64,000 nt of DNA from an uncultured cyanobacterium (GCA_963749915.1 CAVVOP010000005.1:128001-192000); one strand, 5' to 3'; positions 22,317 through 33,195 are shown, numbered from the stretch's first letter. Numbers and translations are program-made. Notes: generated from the sequence alone by a model not told the origin.

Positions 22317-22562
22317 ATGAACAACTATCAATTAAGTCAAAAACAAGCCCTTAGAAGCCAAGATCTAGATCCCCTAGCGATCTTATTCTTTTTTCTAGGT
22401 GCTTTAGATATTTACAGTTCTTTAAACAGAAAATTTAGGGAACGAGAAGAAGAACATGAAAACCGTTTGAGGAGGAATAAGGGCATAACTCTAGGTGGCT
22501 ATGGAAAAGTGGCATTATTGGCCCTAATCATCACTGGAATCCTAGAAATCTCTATTTTTTAA
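22317..22562 (+). CDS. small hypothetical membrane protein
   Basis: AGGAGG RBS before ATG 22317; two hydrophobic segments. Confidence 0.5.
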   Translation: MNNYQLSQKQALRSQDLDPLAILFFFLGALDIYSSLNRKFREREEEHENRLRRNKGITLGGYGKVALLALIITGILEISIF

Positions 22563-22683
22563 AGTTAAACCCAAAATCACTGTTTTGCTCATGGGATAAG
22601 CCTTTTGGTCTTATCTGAATCTTGAGTGAATCAGCTCTAGGGTAACAACTTTAGCAAAAATCAAACCAAGGAGGTTTGCAATC

Positions 22684-23481
22684 ATGAAAATTCAAGGAAA
22701 GACTGCTCTGGTTACTGGAGCTTCCCGTGGCATTGGACGTGCCATCGCACTCGAATTAGCCCAAAATGGCATTAAATGTCTTTTGTTGTTAGCTCGTGAT
22801 GCTACTAAATTAGCCCAATTGGCTACCGAAATTGAAGTACATGGAGTAGAAGTCGTAATTATACCTTTAGATCTAACAAAACCCATAGACGTTAATATTG
22901 CCGTGGCCAAAGCTTGGCGGGATCATGGTCCCATTCATTTGTTGGTGAACTGTGCCGGCATTGTCCATCAAACTCCCTTTTTGCAATCTAAACTGCTTCA
23001 GATTCACGAAGAAATTTCTTTGAATCTGATGGGAATGTACACCATCACTCGTTTAATGGCACGACGGATGGCGGCCCGACAAGAGGGAACAATTGTGAAT
23101 GTTTCTAGCTTAATGGGCAAAGTGGCTGCCCCTACCATGTCCACCTATTCGGCCACTAAGTTTGCGATTTTGGGATTTACCCAAGCCTTGCGGGGCGAAT
23201 TGTCTGCTCACAAGTTAAAAGTAATCGCTTTACTTCCTTCTTTGACCGATACCGATATGTCACGAGGGTTAAAATTATTCTCCTGGGTTAGAGCGACTAC
23301 TCCTGAAAGAGTAGCGGTTGCACTCATGAGAGGACTGCACAGAGGGGACTCGGAAATCTTAGTGGGATGGCAAAGTTACTTAGCTGTCTGGGGGCAACGT
23401 CTTGCACCTTGGCTACTGGAGAAAATTCTTTTAATAACGGCCCCCCAATGGCAAGAGAAACCCCAAACCTTGAGAGGATAA
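22684..23481 (+). CDS. short-chain dehydrogenase/reductase
   Basis: TGASRGIG, NCAG, YSATK. Confidence 0.93.
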   Translation: MKIQGKTALVTGASRGIGRAIALELAQNGIKCLLLLARDATKLAQLATEIEVHGVEVVIIPLDLTKPIDVNIAVAKAWRDHGPIHLLVNCAGIVHQTPFLQSKLLQIHEEISLNLMGMYTITRLMARRMAARQEGTIVNVSSLMGKVAAPTMSTYSATKFAILGFTQALRGELSAHKLKVIALLPSLTDTDMSRGLKLFSWVRATTPERVAVALMRGLHRGDSEILVGWQSYLAVWGQRLAPWLLEKILLITAPQWQEKPQTLRG

Positions 23482-23642
23482 GGATTGGCGAAAAAGTAGA
23501 ACCATAATAATTTGTAGTGATTAGTGGTTAGGGAACATTCTTCCCTATCCCCTACTCCCCCATAAAAAAGAAGAAACAACCTTTGCGTCTTTAGGGAAGT
23601 TTTAACAATTATTGTCTGACAAAACTACTGTCAATTGTCGAT

Positions 23643-24152
23643 TTATGTATAGGCTTTAACGCATTCTTCCACTAAAGGAGCAACTTGGTCAATATCTTTC
23701 CAGCCTAAAATTTGAGTTTCTTTTTTCTCTAAGTTTTTATAGCTACGGAAAAATTCGGCAATTTCCTCTAAGCGATGAGGGGCAACATCTTTAAGAGATT
23801 TTACATGGTTATAGCGGGGATCTTCGGCCGGTACACATAATATTTTCTCATCTCGATCGCCACCATCAATCATTTCTAACATACAAACAGGACGGGCGGC
23901 AATAACACAACCGGGAAAAGTCGGTTCATCCATCATCACCATACCATCAAGAGGATCCCCATCATCAGCTAAAGTATTGGGTACAAAACCATAATCATAG
24001 GGATATTTGACGGAGGAAAATAACACTCTATCTAAGATAAAAGCATTCATATCTTTGTCAAACTCATATTTATTTTTGCTACCGCCGGGGATTTCGATTA
24101 AAACGTTAATAATACCTGCTTTTGGTTGGGCGGGAATTTTTGATAAGTCCAT
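23643..24152 (-). CDS. ppa: soluble inorganic pyrophosphatase
   Basis: [14 protein letters not shown]; start re-called at MDLSKIP. Confidence 0.97.
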   Translation of the reverse strand: MDLSKIPAQPKAGIINVLIEIPGGSKNKYEFDKDMNAFILDRVLFSSVKYPYDYGFVPNTLADDGDPLDGMVMMDEPTFPGCVIAARPVCMLEMIDGGDRDEKILCVPAEDPRYNHVKSLKDVAPHRLEEIAEFFRSYKNLEKKETQILGWKDIDQVAPLVEECVKAYT

Positions 24153-24260
24153 TATTTTTAATAGTTCCTTCACTTAATTTTACAAACACGGTTAATATTT
24201 AACCATAAGAGGGGATAATTGTATCGAGTAAGGGCAAGCAAATTTAGTAAGACGTCAATC

Positions 24261-24607
24261 GTAACCGTTCACTCCCCCCCATTCTGAATTGGTTGTCAAA
24301 TCAACAAGCCCAAATTAGAGAAAGCTGGAAATGTTAGCGGTTATCATAGGATAACTTATTAGAGATAGGCAGTTATTTGATTGAAAAAAGGAAGTGATGC
24401 CCGACAAAATAGTTTAAACTTTATTTTATGGCTAAACTAAACAAAGATGATTTGGGACAAATGAGTAAAAGCTACTTTGAATCTCTGGAAAAACAGAGGT
24501 TAGTAGAAGTTGCTACCAATTTACATCAATTAGCCGTAGAACAATGTGAAAGACTAGAACTTTCCTCAAGTAATAGTTCTCGTCAAGAGCTTTACGCCAT
24601 GCAGTAA
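24261..24607 (+). mobile_element. IS66-family remnant (left end plus 5' transposase fragment 24428-24607)
   Basis: End GTAACCGTTCACTCCCCCC (GTAA-type IS66 terminus); ORF MAKLNKDDLGQMSKSYFESL...ERLELSSSNSSR resembles the IS66 transposase N-terminus (NSSxPPS region). Confidence 0.6.
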
Positions 24608-24848
24608 TCCTAAATGATTAATAGTTTGAACTTGTATTTCTTCTGAGGAAATCATCATCAAAATTCCATTAAAAACTTAATTTAATTACCCCTTTAATAG
24701 GCTTAGTTTTCTAATAATTTATCTAAGTTCTCTTAATTATTTAGAGAACTAACTTGTAACTGAGTATTTTTACTTAAAAAACATACTGAGAGTTTCTTTT
24801 GATAGTCACTTTTCAGTCTCTAATTTCATAATCTGAAATTATACAGTT

Positions 24849-24866
24849 TGACGTGCGGAATGTGGG
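24849..24866 (+). mobile_element. orphan IS1634-type terminal sequence
   Basis: TGACGTGCGGAATGTGGG is identical (18/18) to 59635-59652, downstream of the IS1634 transposase. Confidence 0.6.
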
Positions 24867-24868
24867 CT

Positions 24869-24932
24869 CTGACTTGAAAGTGCCAACTTTCATCTCTGAT
24901 GGTGAAAATTTTTTTTCATGGGGACTGCCTTC
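24869..24932. repeat. 64-bp structured dispersed repeat, copy 1
   Basis: 63/64 identical to 36176-36239; contains hairpin TGAAAGT-GCCA-ACTTTCA. Confidence 0.9.
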
Positions 24933-25065
24933 CCCATCACCAAAATTGCGCAAGACCCAAATTTCAGGGGAGACGATTAGATATAACTATTATGAGCTAG
25001 TCCATTCTTCTTTTCACGTCTTATTTTAGCGGAAACCAGAGTCTACTGAAAGTATGAAAAACCTT

Positions 25066-25707
25066 TCACGGTGCTAATCTTTGAATGTCCCAACCAGATT
25101 CAACATTTGAGCGAGAATATAAAAATCGATCATGTAGTCGATTGGGTCTGCCTTGCCAAAATTCAAAACGGTGAGGCACAATTCGATAACCTCCCCAAGC
25201 CGAAGGAAGGGGGATCTCCTGGTTGTGAAATTTGCGTTTCATCTCATCAAATTTCAGTTCCAAGATTTTACGAGAAGAGATAACCGTACTTTGTTGCGAA
25301 CACCAGGCTCCAATTTGACTGCCTCGGGGACGAGTAGCGAAATATTTTAGGGATTCGGCAATGGAAATTTTGACAGCATTCCCAGAGATTTGTACTTGAC
25401 GTTCTAAGGCTATCCAGAAAAATAACAGCGATACTTGAGCATTTTGCTCAATTTGATGTGCTTTTTGGCTTTCGTAGTTAGTAAAAAAAACGAATCCTTG
25501 GCGATCAAAATATTTCAAAAGCACCATACGTTGTGAAGGCTCTCCAGTAGTTGAAGCCGTGGCCAAACTCATGGCATTTGCTTCTGGGAGATTGATAGTA
25601 CAAGCTTGTTGAAACCACAGTTCAAATTGCTGAAAAGGATCTTGCTTAAGTTGTTCGCGTCTTAGACCTTCCCGGGTATATTCTTGCCTTAAATTACCAA
25701 TATCCAT
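25066..25707 (-). CDS. pdxH: pyridoxamine 5'-phosphate oxidase
   Basis: LRQEY, RMVLLK, FFTNYES.K, EFWQGRPNRLHDR; start re-called at MDIGNL. Confidence 0.95.
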   Translation of the reverse strand: MDIGNLRQEYTREGLRREQLKQDPFQQFELWFQQACTINLPEANAMSLATASTTGEPSQRMVLLKYFDRQGFVFFTNYESQKAHQIEQNAQVSLLFFWIALERQVQISGNAVKISIAESLKYFATRPRGSQIGAWCSQQSTVISSRKILELKFDEMKRKFHNQEIPLPSAWGGYRIVPHRFEFWQGRPNRLHDRFLYSRSNVESGWDIQRLAP

Positions 25708-25997
25708 AATCTTGACACTGTGCTTTACTCGTATTTGTTGACCCTCGCTTTTTTTTTCCCTCATCGAAACTCATCACTTTGATTGTAACTACCAAAATAG
25801 GACATGAGTATTTGTTGTAAATGAATGAGTAATACCATCTCGGAAACCACTGAAGCTAAAGTGGGAAAAAGACATAGTGAATAATTAATGGTCAAACCAG
25901 CTAAAAAAAGCCGGAAAACAGAAGAGAAAACGCGTAATTATTGATATTTTATTTAACTTTCTTTAATTGTAGCCATAATCTGGCAAATCCAATCCTG

Positions 25998-26234
25998 TTA
26001 ATTGAGAGGTAATTTGATTGCTATGTTTATAGTATTGTTTAATTTTGTTTTTAACTTTCGCACTTTATGATTATCGAAAGTGAAAGGATTAACCAAAATT
26101 AATTGTTCAAAATAATCCCCTCTTGACCAAGGATAACAAAAACCAAATTCTTGGTGAGAAAAAACTGATTTCTGCAAAAAAGTACTACCAGTTTTATGAT
26201 AGCCAATATGTATGAGAATTCTATCTTGCATCAT
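25998..26234 (-). pseudogene. sulfotransferase-like N-terminal fragment
   Basis: IHIGYHKTGSTFLQ PAPS-binding motif, but only 78 aa. Confidence 0.65.
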
Positions 26235-26385
26235 TAACTATATTATTTATTAACTTTTTATTTTATTTTTGGTAGTTTCAGCAAACATACCCAAAGGCTT
26301 TTAAATCTAAACTTGTTAATTTACTAGTTTGTCGATTACTCTCCAAAAATTTAGATTGTGTTCATTAGTGAGAAGTTAAACAAAA

Positions 26386-26754
26386 ATGATAAGATTTATA
26401 GTCGTTTTAAATCGAGAAGGTTTCTTGTGGGTAAAAGCTACTAAGGTTAGTCAAAAAGCACTTTCAGGCAGGTTTTTAACCTTTCCCTCTATTTTATTTG
26501 AAGAAGTACTCAAAGAATTACTGCCCTCATTAAAACAAAGATGGCAAAATCGTCTGTCTCGTCCACTTCCCGATGGTGTTTGTTTTACTCTCTCAAAATT
26601 TACCAATATTTGGATTATTGATGCTTCAACACTGGAAGCATTGTTTAGAAAATTAGATAGTTTAAAAGATATTCCCACGGGAAAATTAGCTGGAAAAATG
26701 GCAGTAGTTATTGATTTAGTGACTCGCTATCCTGTTGATATTTGGAAGGTATAA
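26386..26754 (+). mobile_element. IS4-family transposase internal fragment
   Basis: EGFLW...VSQKALS.RF...WIIDASTLEALFRKL as in cyanobacterial IS4 transposases; both ends missing. Confidence 0.7.
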
Positions 26755-26800
26755 TCAATTTTCTAATCTCTCTTTCGACTATCCAGACTATTCAAACTAC

Positions 26801-27133
26801 TTATGAGCCGAGTTTTAAGGCTTCTAAATAAAGTGCATAAGCAAAACCGATTTTTAAGGAATTTAACAAATCGAACCAAGGGGATTTATTTTCAGAACTA
26901 GGGCGACGATAAATAAGGATACTAGAAATTTCTGTGAATAAAAGAAAAAGAAGAGCAATAGTTACATCCCATCGTGCCGCTTGTCCGGCAGATGTAGATA
27001 GGGCATTAGCAAGGAAAAAACCTAATAAGACAAAGATAATTATTAAGGACAGTTTCCGCCAAGGATTGACTAAAAAGTTAGCAAATTGACGAATGAATGT
27101 TCCTATTAACAAGTTTAAACGGGTTTGTTGCAT
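26801..27133 (-). CDS. DUF565 / Ycf20-like membrane protein
   Basis: MQQTRL...NPWRK, C-terminal EALKLGS. Confidence 0.85.
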   Translation of the reverse strand: MQQTRLNLLIGTFIRQFANFLVNPWRKLSLIIIFVLLGFFLANALSTSAGQAARWDVTIALLFLLFTEISSILIYRRPSSENKSPWFDLLNSLKIGFAYALYLEALKLGS

Positions 27134-27274
27134 ATTCTCTTTCTTTTTATTTGTATCTGATTTTAATTATCATAGTTCTTTTGTTCTAACACAGGTGTGT
27201 GTCTTGATAAAAAAGGGTTACGGTATTATTTTATCGTTAAAATAATAAAAGAAAGATAAAGAGAAATAAAATAT

Positions 27275-27886
27275 ATGAATAGTCAACTAACTGACAGTGA
27301 ATATAAGCGTAAAATGCAACGCCGTAAAGAAATTCAAGATCAACGTCTGGCTAACATGACAGATAAAAAAGGTCTAATAGTTGTTCACACAGGGGATGGT
27401 AAAGGCAAGACGACAGCTGCTTTAGGAATGGTAATTCGATCTTTGGGTCATGGTTACAAAGTGGCGATCGTACAATTTATCAAAGGTGCATGGCAACCGG
27501 CGGAAAAAGAAGTTTTAGAAAAGTGGTCAGACCAACTAGAATTTTATGCTATGGGGGAGGGTTTTACGTGGGAAACTCAAGACAGAGAAAGGGATATTTT
27601 AGCGGCAAAGAAGGCATGGGAAAAAGCGAGAGACTTTATTTTTAATCCTGAGTATAAATTGGTGTTATTAGATGAGATTAATATTGCTTTGAAACTAGAC
27701 TATTTAAACCTTGAACAAGTATTAAAAACCTTGAAGGAAAAGCCAGTCAATACTCATGTTATTTTAACAGGTAGGGGGGCGAAACCCGAGTTAATAGAGA
27801 TGGCAGATTTAGTCACAGAAATGAGGCTAATAAAACACCCTTTTAAAGAACAGGGAATTAAAGCACAAGCGGGGATAGAATTTTAA
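27275..27886 (+). CDS. cobO: cob(I)yrinic acid a,c-diamide adenosyltransferase
   Basis: TGDGKGKTTAALG, QFIKG, GEGFTW, LDEIN, LTGR, GIEF. Confidence 0.96.
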   Translation: MNSQLTDSEYKRKMQRRKEIQDQRLANMTDKKGLIVVHTGDGKGKTTAALGMVIRSLGHGYKVAIVQFIKGAWQPAEKEVLEKWSDQLEFYAMGEGFTWETQDRERDILAAKKAWEKARDFIFNPEYKLVLLDEINIALKLDYLNLEQVLKTLKEKPVNTHVILTGRGAKPELIEMADLVTEMRLIKHPFKEQGIKAQAGIEF

Positions 27887-27891
27887 TTTTT

Positions 27892-28365
27892 ATGGAACAT
27901 AAAAACCTAAATATTCGCTCAGCAACTATTGAGGATGTAGAAAGTTTATTTGATTTAATTAAGGCTTTAGCTGAGTACGAAAAATTATCCCATCAAGTAA
28001 TAGGAAATGTAGAAAGTTTGCAAAAACATTTATTTTCTAAACAAGTTTATGCTGAGGCAATTATTGCCGAATTGAATTATCGGTCTGTGGGTTTTGCTTT
28101 ATTTTTTACCAATTATTCTACCTTTTTAACTAAACCTGGTATTTATTTAGAAGATTTATTTGTTTTGCCTGAATATCGTCGTCAAGGTATCGGTAAGTCT
28201 TTGTTAAATTATCTGATTAATTTGGCAAAAAATCGAGATTTTGGGAGAGTAGAGTGGAGTGTTCTCGACTGGAATAAACCTGCCATCGATTTCTATCAAA
28301 AAATGGGGGCAAAAGTGCTTCCAGACTGGCGTTTTTGTCGAATCCTGATCCAGGATGGAGAATAG
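27892..28365 (+). CDS. GNAT acetyltransferase (diamine acetyltransferase-like)
   Basis: YLEDLFV.PEYRRQGIG, WSVLDWN.PAIDFY. Confidence 0.9.
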   Translation: MEHKNLNIRSATIEDVESLFDLIKALAEYEKLSHQVIGNVESLQKHLFSKQVYAEAIIAELNYRSVGFALFFTNYSTFLTKPGIYLEDLFVLPEYRRQGIGKSLLNYLINLAKNRDFGRVEWSVLDWNKPAIDFYQKMGAKVLPDWRFCRILIQDGE

Positions 28366-28459
28366 TTTTTAATCTTACTTTGACAATATTGAACGGGTTT
28401 GATATTAATTGCTATACTTAGGTAGGTTCTGTACTTAGGCAGATTCAGCAGAAAGTTTA

Positions 28460-30118
28460 ATGATGAACAGAAATAGTAAAACAAATACCCAAAATAATCC
28501 ATTACTGCAGTTAATTCACAGATCATTCTGTCGTCCTAGGGACGAAGAGAAGGGGGCAGGTTTCCTATTAGGTATGTGTCTGGGAATTTTAATGTTCTTC
28601 GGTGGGCTTCTTGCATTACATAGTGGCTCTCGTGAAAAAACTAATGCAATATCAGGGGAGTCTCAAGCAAAAGCTATGGCAGTTGCCGAAAGTGCAGTCG
28701 GCCGTTATATAGACCTTCTCTTGCAAAACCCTCAAATTGCGGTATTTTGTGCCAACCCGAGTACGAACCCCTCGTCTTGCAATACGGGAACAACATGGTC
28801 TAACATGAATTCCGACCCTTTAGCTTCATTGGTTTCTCCCCTTTGTCTCCCCAGTTCAACTAGCACTATGACAACCGCACAAATCGCGGATGTTCAGGCT
28901 GCGGCTAGTACTGACTGGCAAACTTACAATACCAATGGTCAATATAAATTAATTAGTTACACTTACAAGTCTGATACGGGGACAGGTAATGAGGTTCCTG
29001 GTACTGCAACCCTAATTATGGAGAGTGAGAATATCGGTAGTACAGGAGTAGCAACTCGCCTAGAGGTTTTAATTCCTATAACCCCATCCTGTCTGATACC
29101 GGGAGTCTGGGCACAAGCCGGTGGTACAGTAAAAGTTGCTCCTCACTCAAATGGATCAATTAACGCTGTGGTCACAAGAACCGGTTCAGCCCCACCTTTG
29201 GGGGATTTTCCCGCTAATTCCTTGAACGGTAGTACTATTTATGATGGAACTACTGCACCATCAAGCGGTGATATAACCACAGCGATGCCTCCTCCTCCCC
29301 CGAATATTCCTGGTCCAAACTATACTATCTTCTCCGTGGGGGACGCAACCACTGGTTATCTAGATTTAAGTGCATGTACCATTCGACTACCGAGAAAAAG
29401 CGGAGTCGAAAATGCTTGGGGAAGTGGTTGTAATGACCCCATCAAAATGGCCTTTAATGGTGGAACTGTTGCCGGTTCTGTGCTAGCAACGGGGGATGTT
29501 GCCGCTGCTGATAATCGCTATCATTATTTAATTCCTAGTAGTGCCCCTGTGGGAAACTCCATTATTCTTGCCAATGCCGCTATTTTGATTGAACCCGATG
29601 CAGGGAAGAAAGTAGTGCTTTATGTCAGAGGTGACATAACCATGAGTGGTACAGGCAGTAATGGCACCAGTAGTCCTACAGTTAGTTTAGCTACTACAGG
29701 TAGCAGAGATTCAGATCCAAATGCGAGTCCCAATTACGGTTGTGAATTAACGGCGGATACTGGCACTGCGGCGGTAACAACATTTATTAATCAAGGATCC
29801 CCTGCAAATCTCGAAATGTATGGTGCGGATGGTAGCGCTTTCCCAAATTGGTCTAGTGGTCATACCGCCAACGTGGTTAATATGGCAGGGAATACCAGAA
29901 TTAATGGCTTTATGCTTTTCCCCGCCGCCGAAGTTAGGGTGTCTCAAGGATTAATTAGTGGTTCTGTGTGGGCTAGAACATTTGATTTCAGTAATACCGC
30001 AGGATGTACGGTGGGGGTTGTTCAAAATAGCGTGGGCAATGTCCTAGCGGCGAATGTTACCAACACCCCAACTAATATTATTAATCCAATTACTTCATGG
30101 CGAAGACTTAGTCGCTAA
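28460..30118 (+). CDS. PilX-like type IV pilin-associated protein
   Basis: EKG followed by a hydrophobic helix, then A.AVAE; Thr/Ser/Gly-rich beta region; C-terminal SWRR. Confidence 0.6.
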   Translation: MMNRNSKTNTQNNPLLQLIHRSFCRPRDEEKGAGFLLGMCLGILMFFGGLLALHSGSREKTNAISGESQAKAMAVAESAVGRYIDLLLQNPQIAVFCANPSTNPSSCNTGTTWSNMNSDPLASLVSPLCLPSSTSTMTTAQIADVQAAASTDWQTYNTNGQYKLISYTYKSDTGTGNEVPGTATLIMESENIGSTGVATRLEVLIPITPSCLIPGVWAQAGGTVKVAPHSNGSINAVVTRTGSAPPLGDFPANSLNGSTIYDGTTAPSSGDITTAMPPPPPNIPGPNYTIFSVGDATTGYLDLSACTIRLPRKSGVENAWGSGCNDPIKMAFNGGTVAGSVLATGDVAAADNRYHYLIPSSAPVGNSIILANAAILIEPDAGKKVVLYVRGDITMSGTGSNGTSSPTVSLATTGSRDSDPNASPNYGCELTADTGTAAVTTFINQGSPANLEMYGADGSAFPNWSSGHTANVVNMAGNTRINGFMLFPAAEVRVSQGLISGSVWARTFDFSNTAGCTVGVVQNSVGNVLAANVTNTPTNIINPITSWRRLSR

Positions 30119-30806
30119 TATAATCTAAATTATATTTTGCCATCAAATCAGGACGCTTTTTCTCTGTGGCTTTTAATTGTTGTTGATAACGCCATTTAGC
30201 AATTTCTTCATGGTTGCCTGATCGTAATACGGGAGGAACTTCCCACTCCCGAAATATGGGGGGGCGCGTATAATGGGGATAGTCAAGTAAACCATCCTCA
30301 AAACTATCCGCATAGAGAGATTCCGCTTTGCCAACAGTACCGGGCAAAAGTCTGACGACACCGTTGATCAAGGTTAAAGCAGGAATTTCGCCGCAGGTTA
30401 ACACAAAATCTCCCAAAGACACTTCTCTAGTGACTAAATGTTGTACTCGTTCATCTATTCCTTCATAATGGCCACAAATCAGGACTAGTTGTTGGTAGTT
30501 ACGGGCAAAATTTTTGAGTAAATTCTGATTTAATGTTTCTCCTTGAGGGGTAAGTAATATTACCTCTCTTGGTTCTAAAATCCGTAGAGATTCCACCGCC
30601 GCAAAAATCGGTTCAGGTTTTAACACCATGCCCGCACCGCCTCCATAGGGTATGTCATCTACATGATGATGTTTATCGGTGGTAAAGTCTCTGGGATTGA
30701 TTAAGTTAACTGTGGCAATACCTTTGCTTAGGGCTTTTCCTAATAAACTACATTGAAGGGGAGAGTGGAAAAAATCAGGAAAAAGTGTAATAACATCAAT
30801 CTGCAC
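30108..30806 (-). CDS. trmD: tRNA (guanine37-N1)-methyltransferase
   Basis: VDD.PYGGGAGMV, CGHYEGIDER, SLGDFVL, DYPHYTRP. Confidence 0.98.
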   Translation of the reverse strand: MQIDVITLFPDFFHSPLQCSLLGKALSKGIATVNLINPRDFTTDKHHHVDDIPYGGGAGMVLKPEPIFAAVESLRILEPREVILLTPQGETLNQNLLKNFARNYQQLVLICGHYEGIDERVQHLVTREVSLGDFVLTCGEIPALTLINGVVRLLPGTVGKAESLYADSFEDGLLDYPHYTRPPIFREWEVPPVLRSGNHEEIAKWRYQQQLKATEKKRPDLMAKYNLDYISD

Positions 30807-30953
30807 GGCAATTATTGACTGTAATGGTTAAAAATGTTACGATCTCTGCTTATATTAGTTAATTATAATTGAACGGTGTCTTAATTGATTGTTAATTGCC
30901 GTAAACTTGAATATACTAAAATTTAGTCTAAGCAGGGAATTATTAAAAGTAAC

Positions 30954-31775
30954 ATGAAGGAATACCAGAGAAGCTCTGTCCTCGTGATAGGGGGTGCGGA
31001 AGACAAGGTACACGGCAAGGAAATTTTACAACGTTTTTGGCATTGTGCTGGTGGTACGGATGCAATTATCGGAATCATTCCCTCTGCCTCGAGAGAACCA
31101 AGTATTATTGGCGATCGCTACTCGAGTATTTTTCAGGAGATGGGAGCAAAAGATTTAAATGTACTTGATGTAAGAGATCGCATTCAAGGAGAAGATAAAG
31201 ATTATCAAGAATATGTGGAAAAATGTACTGGTATTTTTATGACAGGAGGAGATCAACTTAGACTCTGTGGTTTGTTAGCAGATACCCCCTTGATGGAAAG
31301 AATCCGCCAACGGGTGAAACTAGGAGAAGTTACATTAGGTGGTACTAGTGCTGGGGCGGCAGTCATGGGACATCATATGATCGCCGGAGGTAGTAGTGGA
31401 GAATCCCCCAATCGTGCTTTAGTAGATATGGCGATGGGATTGGGTATTATTCCTGAAATAATTGTTGATCAACATTTTCATAATCGTAACCGTATGGCTA
31501 GATTGTTGAGTGCTTTATCCAATCACCCCGAAAGATTAGGTATCGGTATTGATGAAGATACCTGTGCAATTTTTCATCAACAAAATGAATATATCCAAGT
31601 TATGGGCAAAGGTACTGTTACTATTGTTGATGGCCAAGCTATGAGTTACACTAATCAGAGTCAAGTAGCCGCAGAAGAACCTCTCGCATTACATAACCTC
31701 AGGTTACATATTCTCGGTCATGGCGATCTCTATAACCGTAAAACTCATCAACCGACACCGGGAAAAATTGACTAA
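30954..31775 (+). CDS. cphB: cyanophycinase
   Basis: IGGAEDK, GGDQLRL, GTSAGA, DQHFHNRNRMARL. Confidence 0.97.
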   Translation: MKEYQRSSVLVIGGAEDKVHGKEILQRFWHCAGGTDAIIGIIPSASREPSIIGDRYSSIFQEMGAKDLNVLDVRDRIQGEDKDYQEYVEKCTGIFMTGGDQLRLCGLLADTPLMERIRQRVKLGEVTLGGTSAGAAVMGHHMIAGGSSGESPNRALVDMAMGLGIIPEIIVDQHFHNRNRMARLLSALSNHPERLGIGIDEDTCAIFHQQNEYIQVMGKGTVTIVDGQAMSYTNQSQVAAEEPLALHNLRLHILGHGDLYNRKTHQPTPGKID

Positions 31776-32056
31776 CAAAGGTGAAATAAGACTTTGGGGC
31801 GACACAACACCATCAGATCCCCCATGGTGATAGTAGGGCTGTTTCATTATAGAGAAAAAAGCTGTAAATTAAAGCTTTAGAAGTTGAAAATTATATATTT
31901 GCCCTTATGGCATGGCTCTAATAATTATGGATAGATGAACGAATTACAGAGCGACAATTACTCATTGAAGTAAATAGATATCCTTCTAATGCAGCACTGA
32001 AACCCATGAATGTCTGAAGATTTTTTCAACAAGTATTTAATTAAAAGGTAATTGCC

Positions 32057-32728
32057 ATGTCTCAAACCATATTAAAATCCAAAAATGCAATTCCCCCCCT
32101 AGAAAATGGAGACCAACTTACTAGGATAGAATTTGAACAGCGTTATAAACAAATGCCTCATGTCAAAAAAGCCGAATTAATCGAAGGAATTGTTTATATG
32201 GCATCACCCTTAAGAATTACCCAACATGGAGAACCCCATGCTATTATTATGACTTGGTTAGGCACATATTGGTCAGCTACTCCTTGGGTTCAAGTAGGGG
32301 ATAATTGTACAGTACGTCTTGATGCAGAAAATGAACCTCAACCCGATGCTTTACTAAGAATTACAGTAGATGGACAATCAACTATTAGCGAAGACGGCTA
32401 TGTAGAAGGTGCGCCAGAATTAATTGTCGAAATTGCAGCTAGTACCGCTTCTATTGATTTAAATGATAAATTAAAAGCGTATCGACGTAATCAAGTTCAA
32501 GAATATTTGGTTTGGCGGGTTTATGACGGAGAATTTGATTGGTTTCGGTTAAGGGAAGGAAAATATATTACACTTCAAGCCAATGAAAAAGGCGTTATTT
32601 GTAGTGAATATTTCCCAGGTCTATGGTTAGCTCAAGAAGCCTTACTTGGGGGAGATTTAGCCCAAGTATTAGCAATTTTACAGCAGGGGTTAAATACTTC
32701 TGAACATCAAAACTTTGTCAAAAAATAA
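32057..32728 (+). CDS. Uma2 (DUF820) family endonuclease-like protein
   Basis: PPLENGD.L, KAELIEG.VYM, EPQPDA, GAPELIVEI. Confidence 0.92.
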   Translation: MSQTILKSKNAIPPLENGDQLTRIEFEQRYKQMPHVKKAELIEGIVYMASPLRITQHGEPHAIIMTWLGTYWSATPWVQVGDNCTVRLDAENEPQPDALLRITVDGQSTISEDGYVEGAPELIVEIAASTASIDLNDKLKAYRRNQVQEYLVWRVYDGEFDWFRLREGKYITLQANEKGVICSEYFPGLWLAQEALLGGDLAQVLAILQQGLNTSEHQNFVKK

Positions 32729-32774
32729 GACAGCATAGTTGTAATTATCTTTTCTAAATTCTAAATTGTATTTT

Positions 32775-32814
32775 GACACCTGACACCTGACACCTAATAC
32801 CTGATACCTGATAC
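32775..32814. repeat. STRR heptamer array (GACACCT/GATACCT)
   Basis: Visible tandem 7-mers. Confidence 0.8.
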
Positions 32815-33195
32815 CCCACTAAAACAATTAATTCTCTTATTGCGTAACGTCAGTTATTAATGAAGCAAACCATCGCCTTTTCCTGGTTAATATCTGTGGC
32901 GAAAAACTCAAGGCACCAAGGAACTGGTATTGAATTCAGTCCCTAAAAATTTTCGAACTCACTTTTCGCTGAATTTCGACACGAGATCTTGTCATTCCGC
33001 TACATGCCATATTTAGCAAACAATTGAACCTCAATATGAGTATTGTTACTTAAATAAAAATGAGGATTTTTTTTAATGAGTAAGGGAAAAAGTTCGATAG
33101 TTTATCGGATGTTCTTAAAAAGAAAATCACGGACAATATAAATATCGAAAAAAACTTAAATTTTTTTTGCTTATGTTTATTTAGGCATTCCCACT

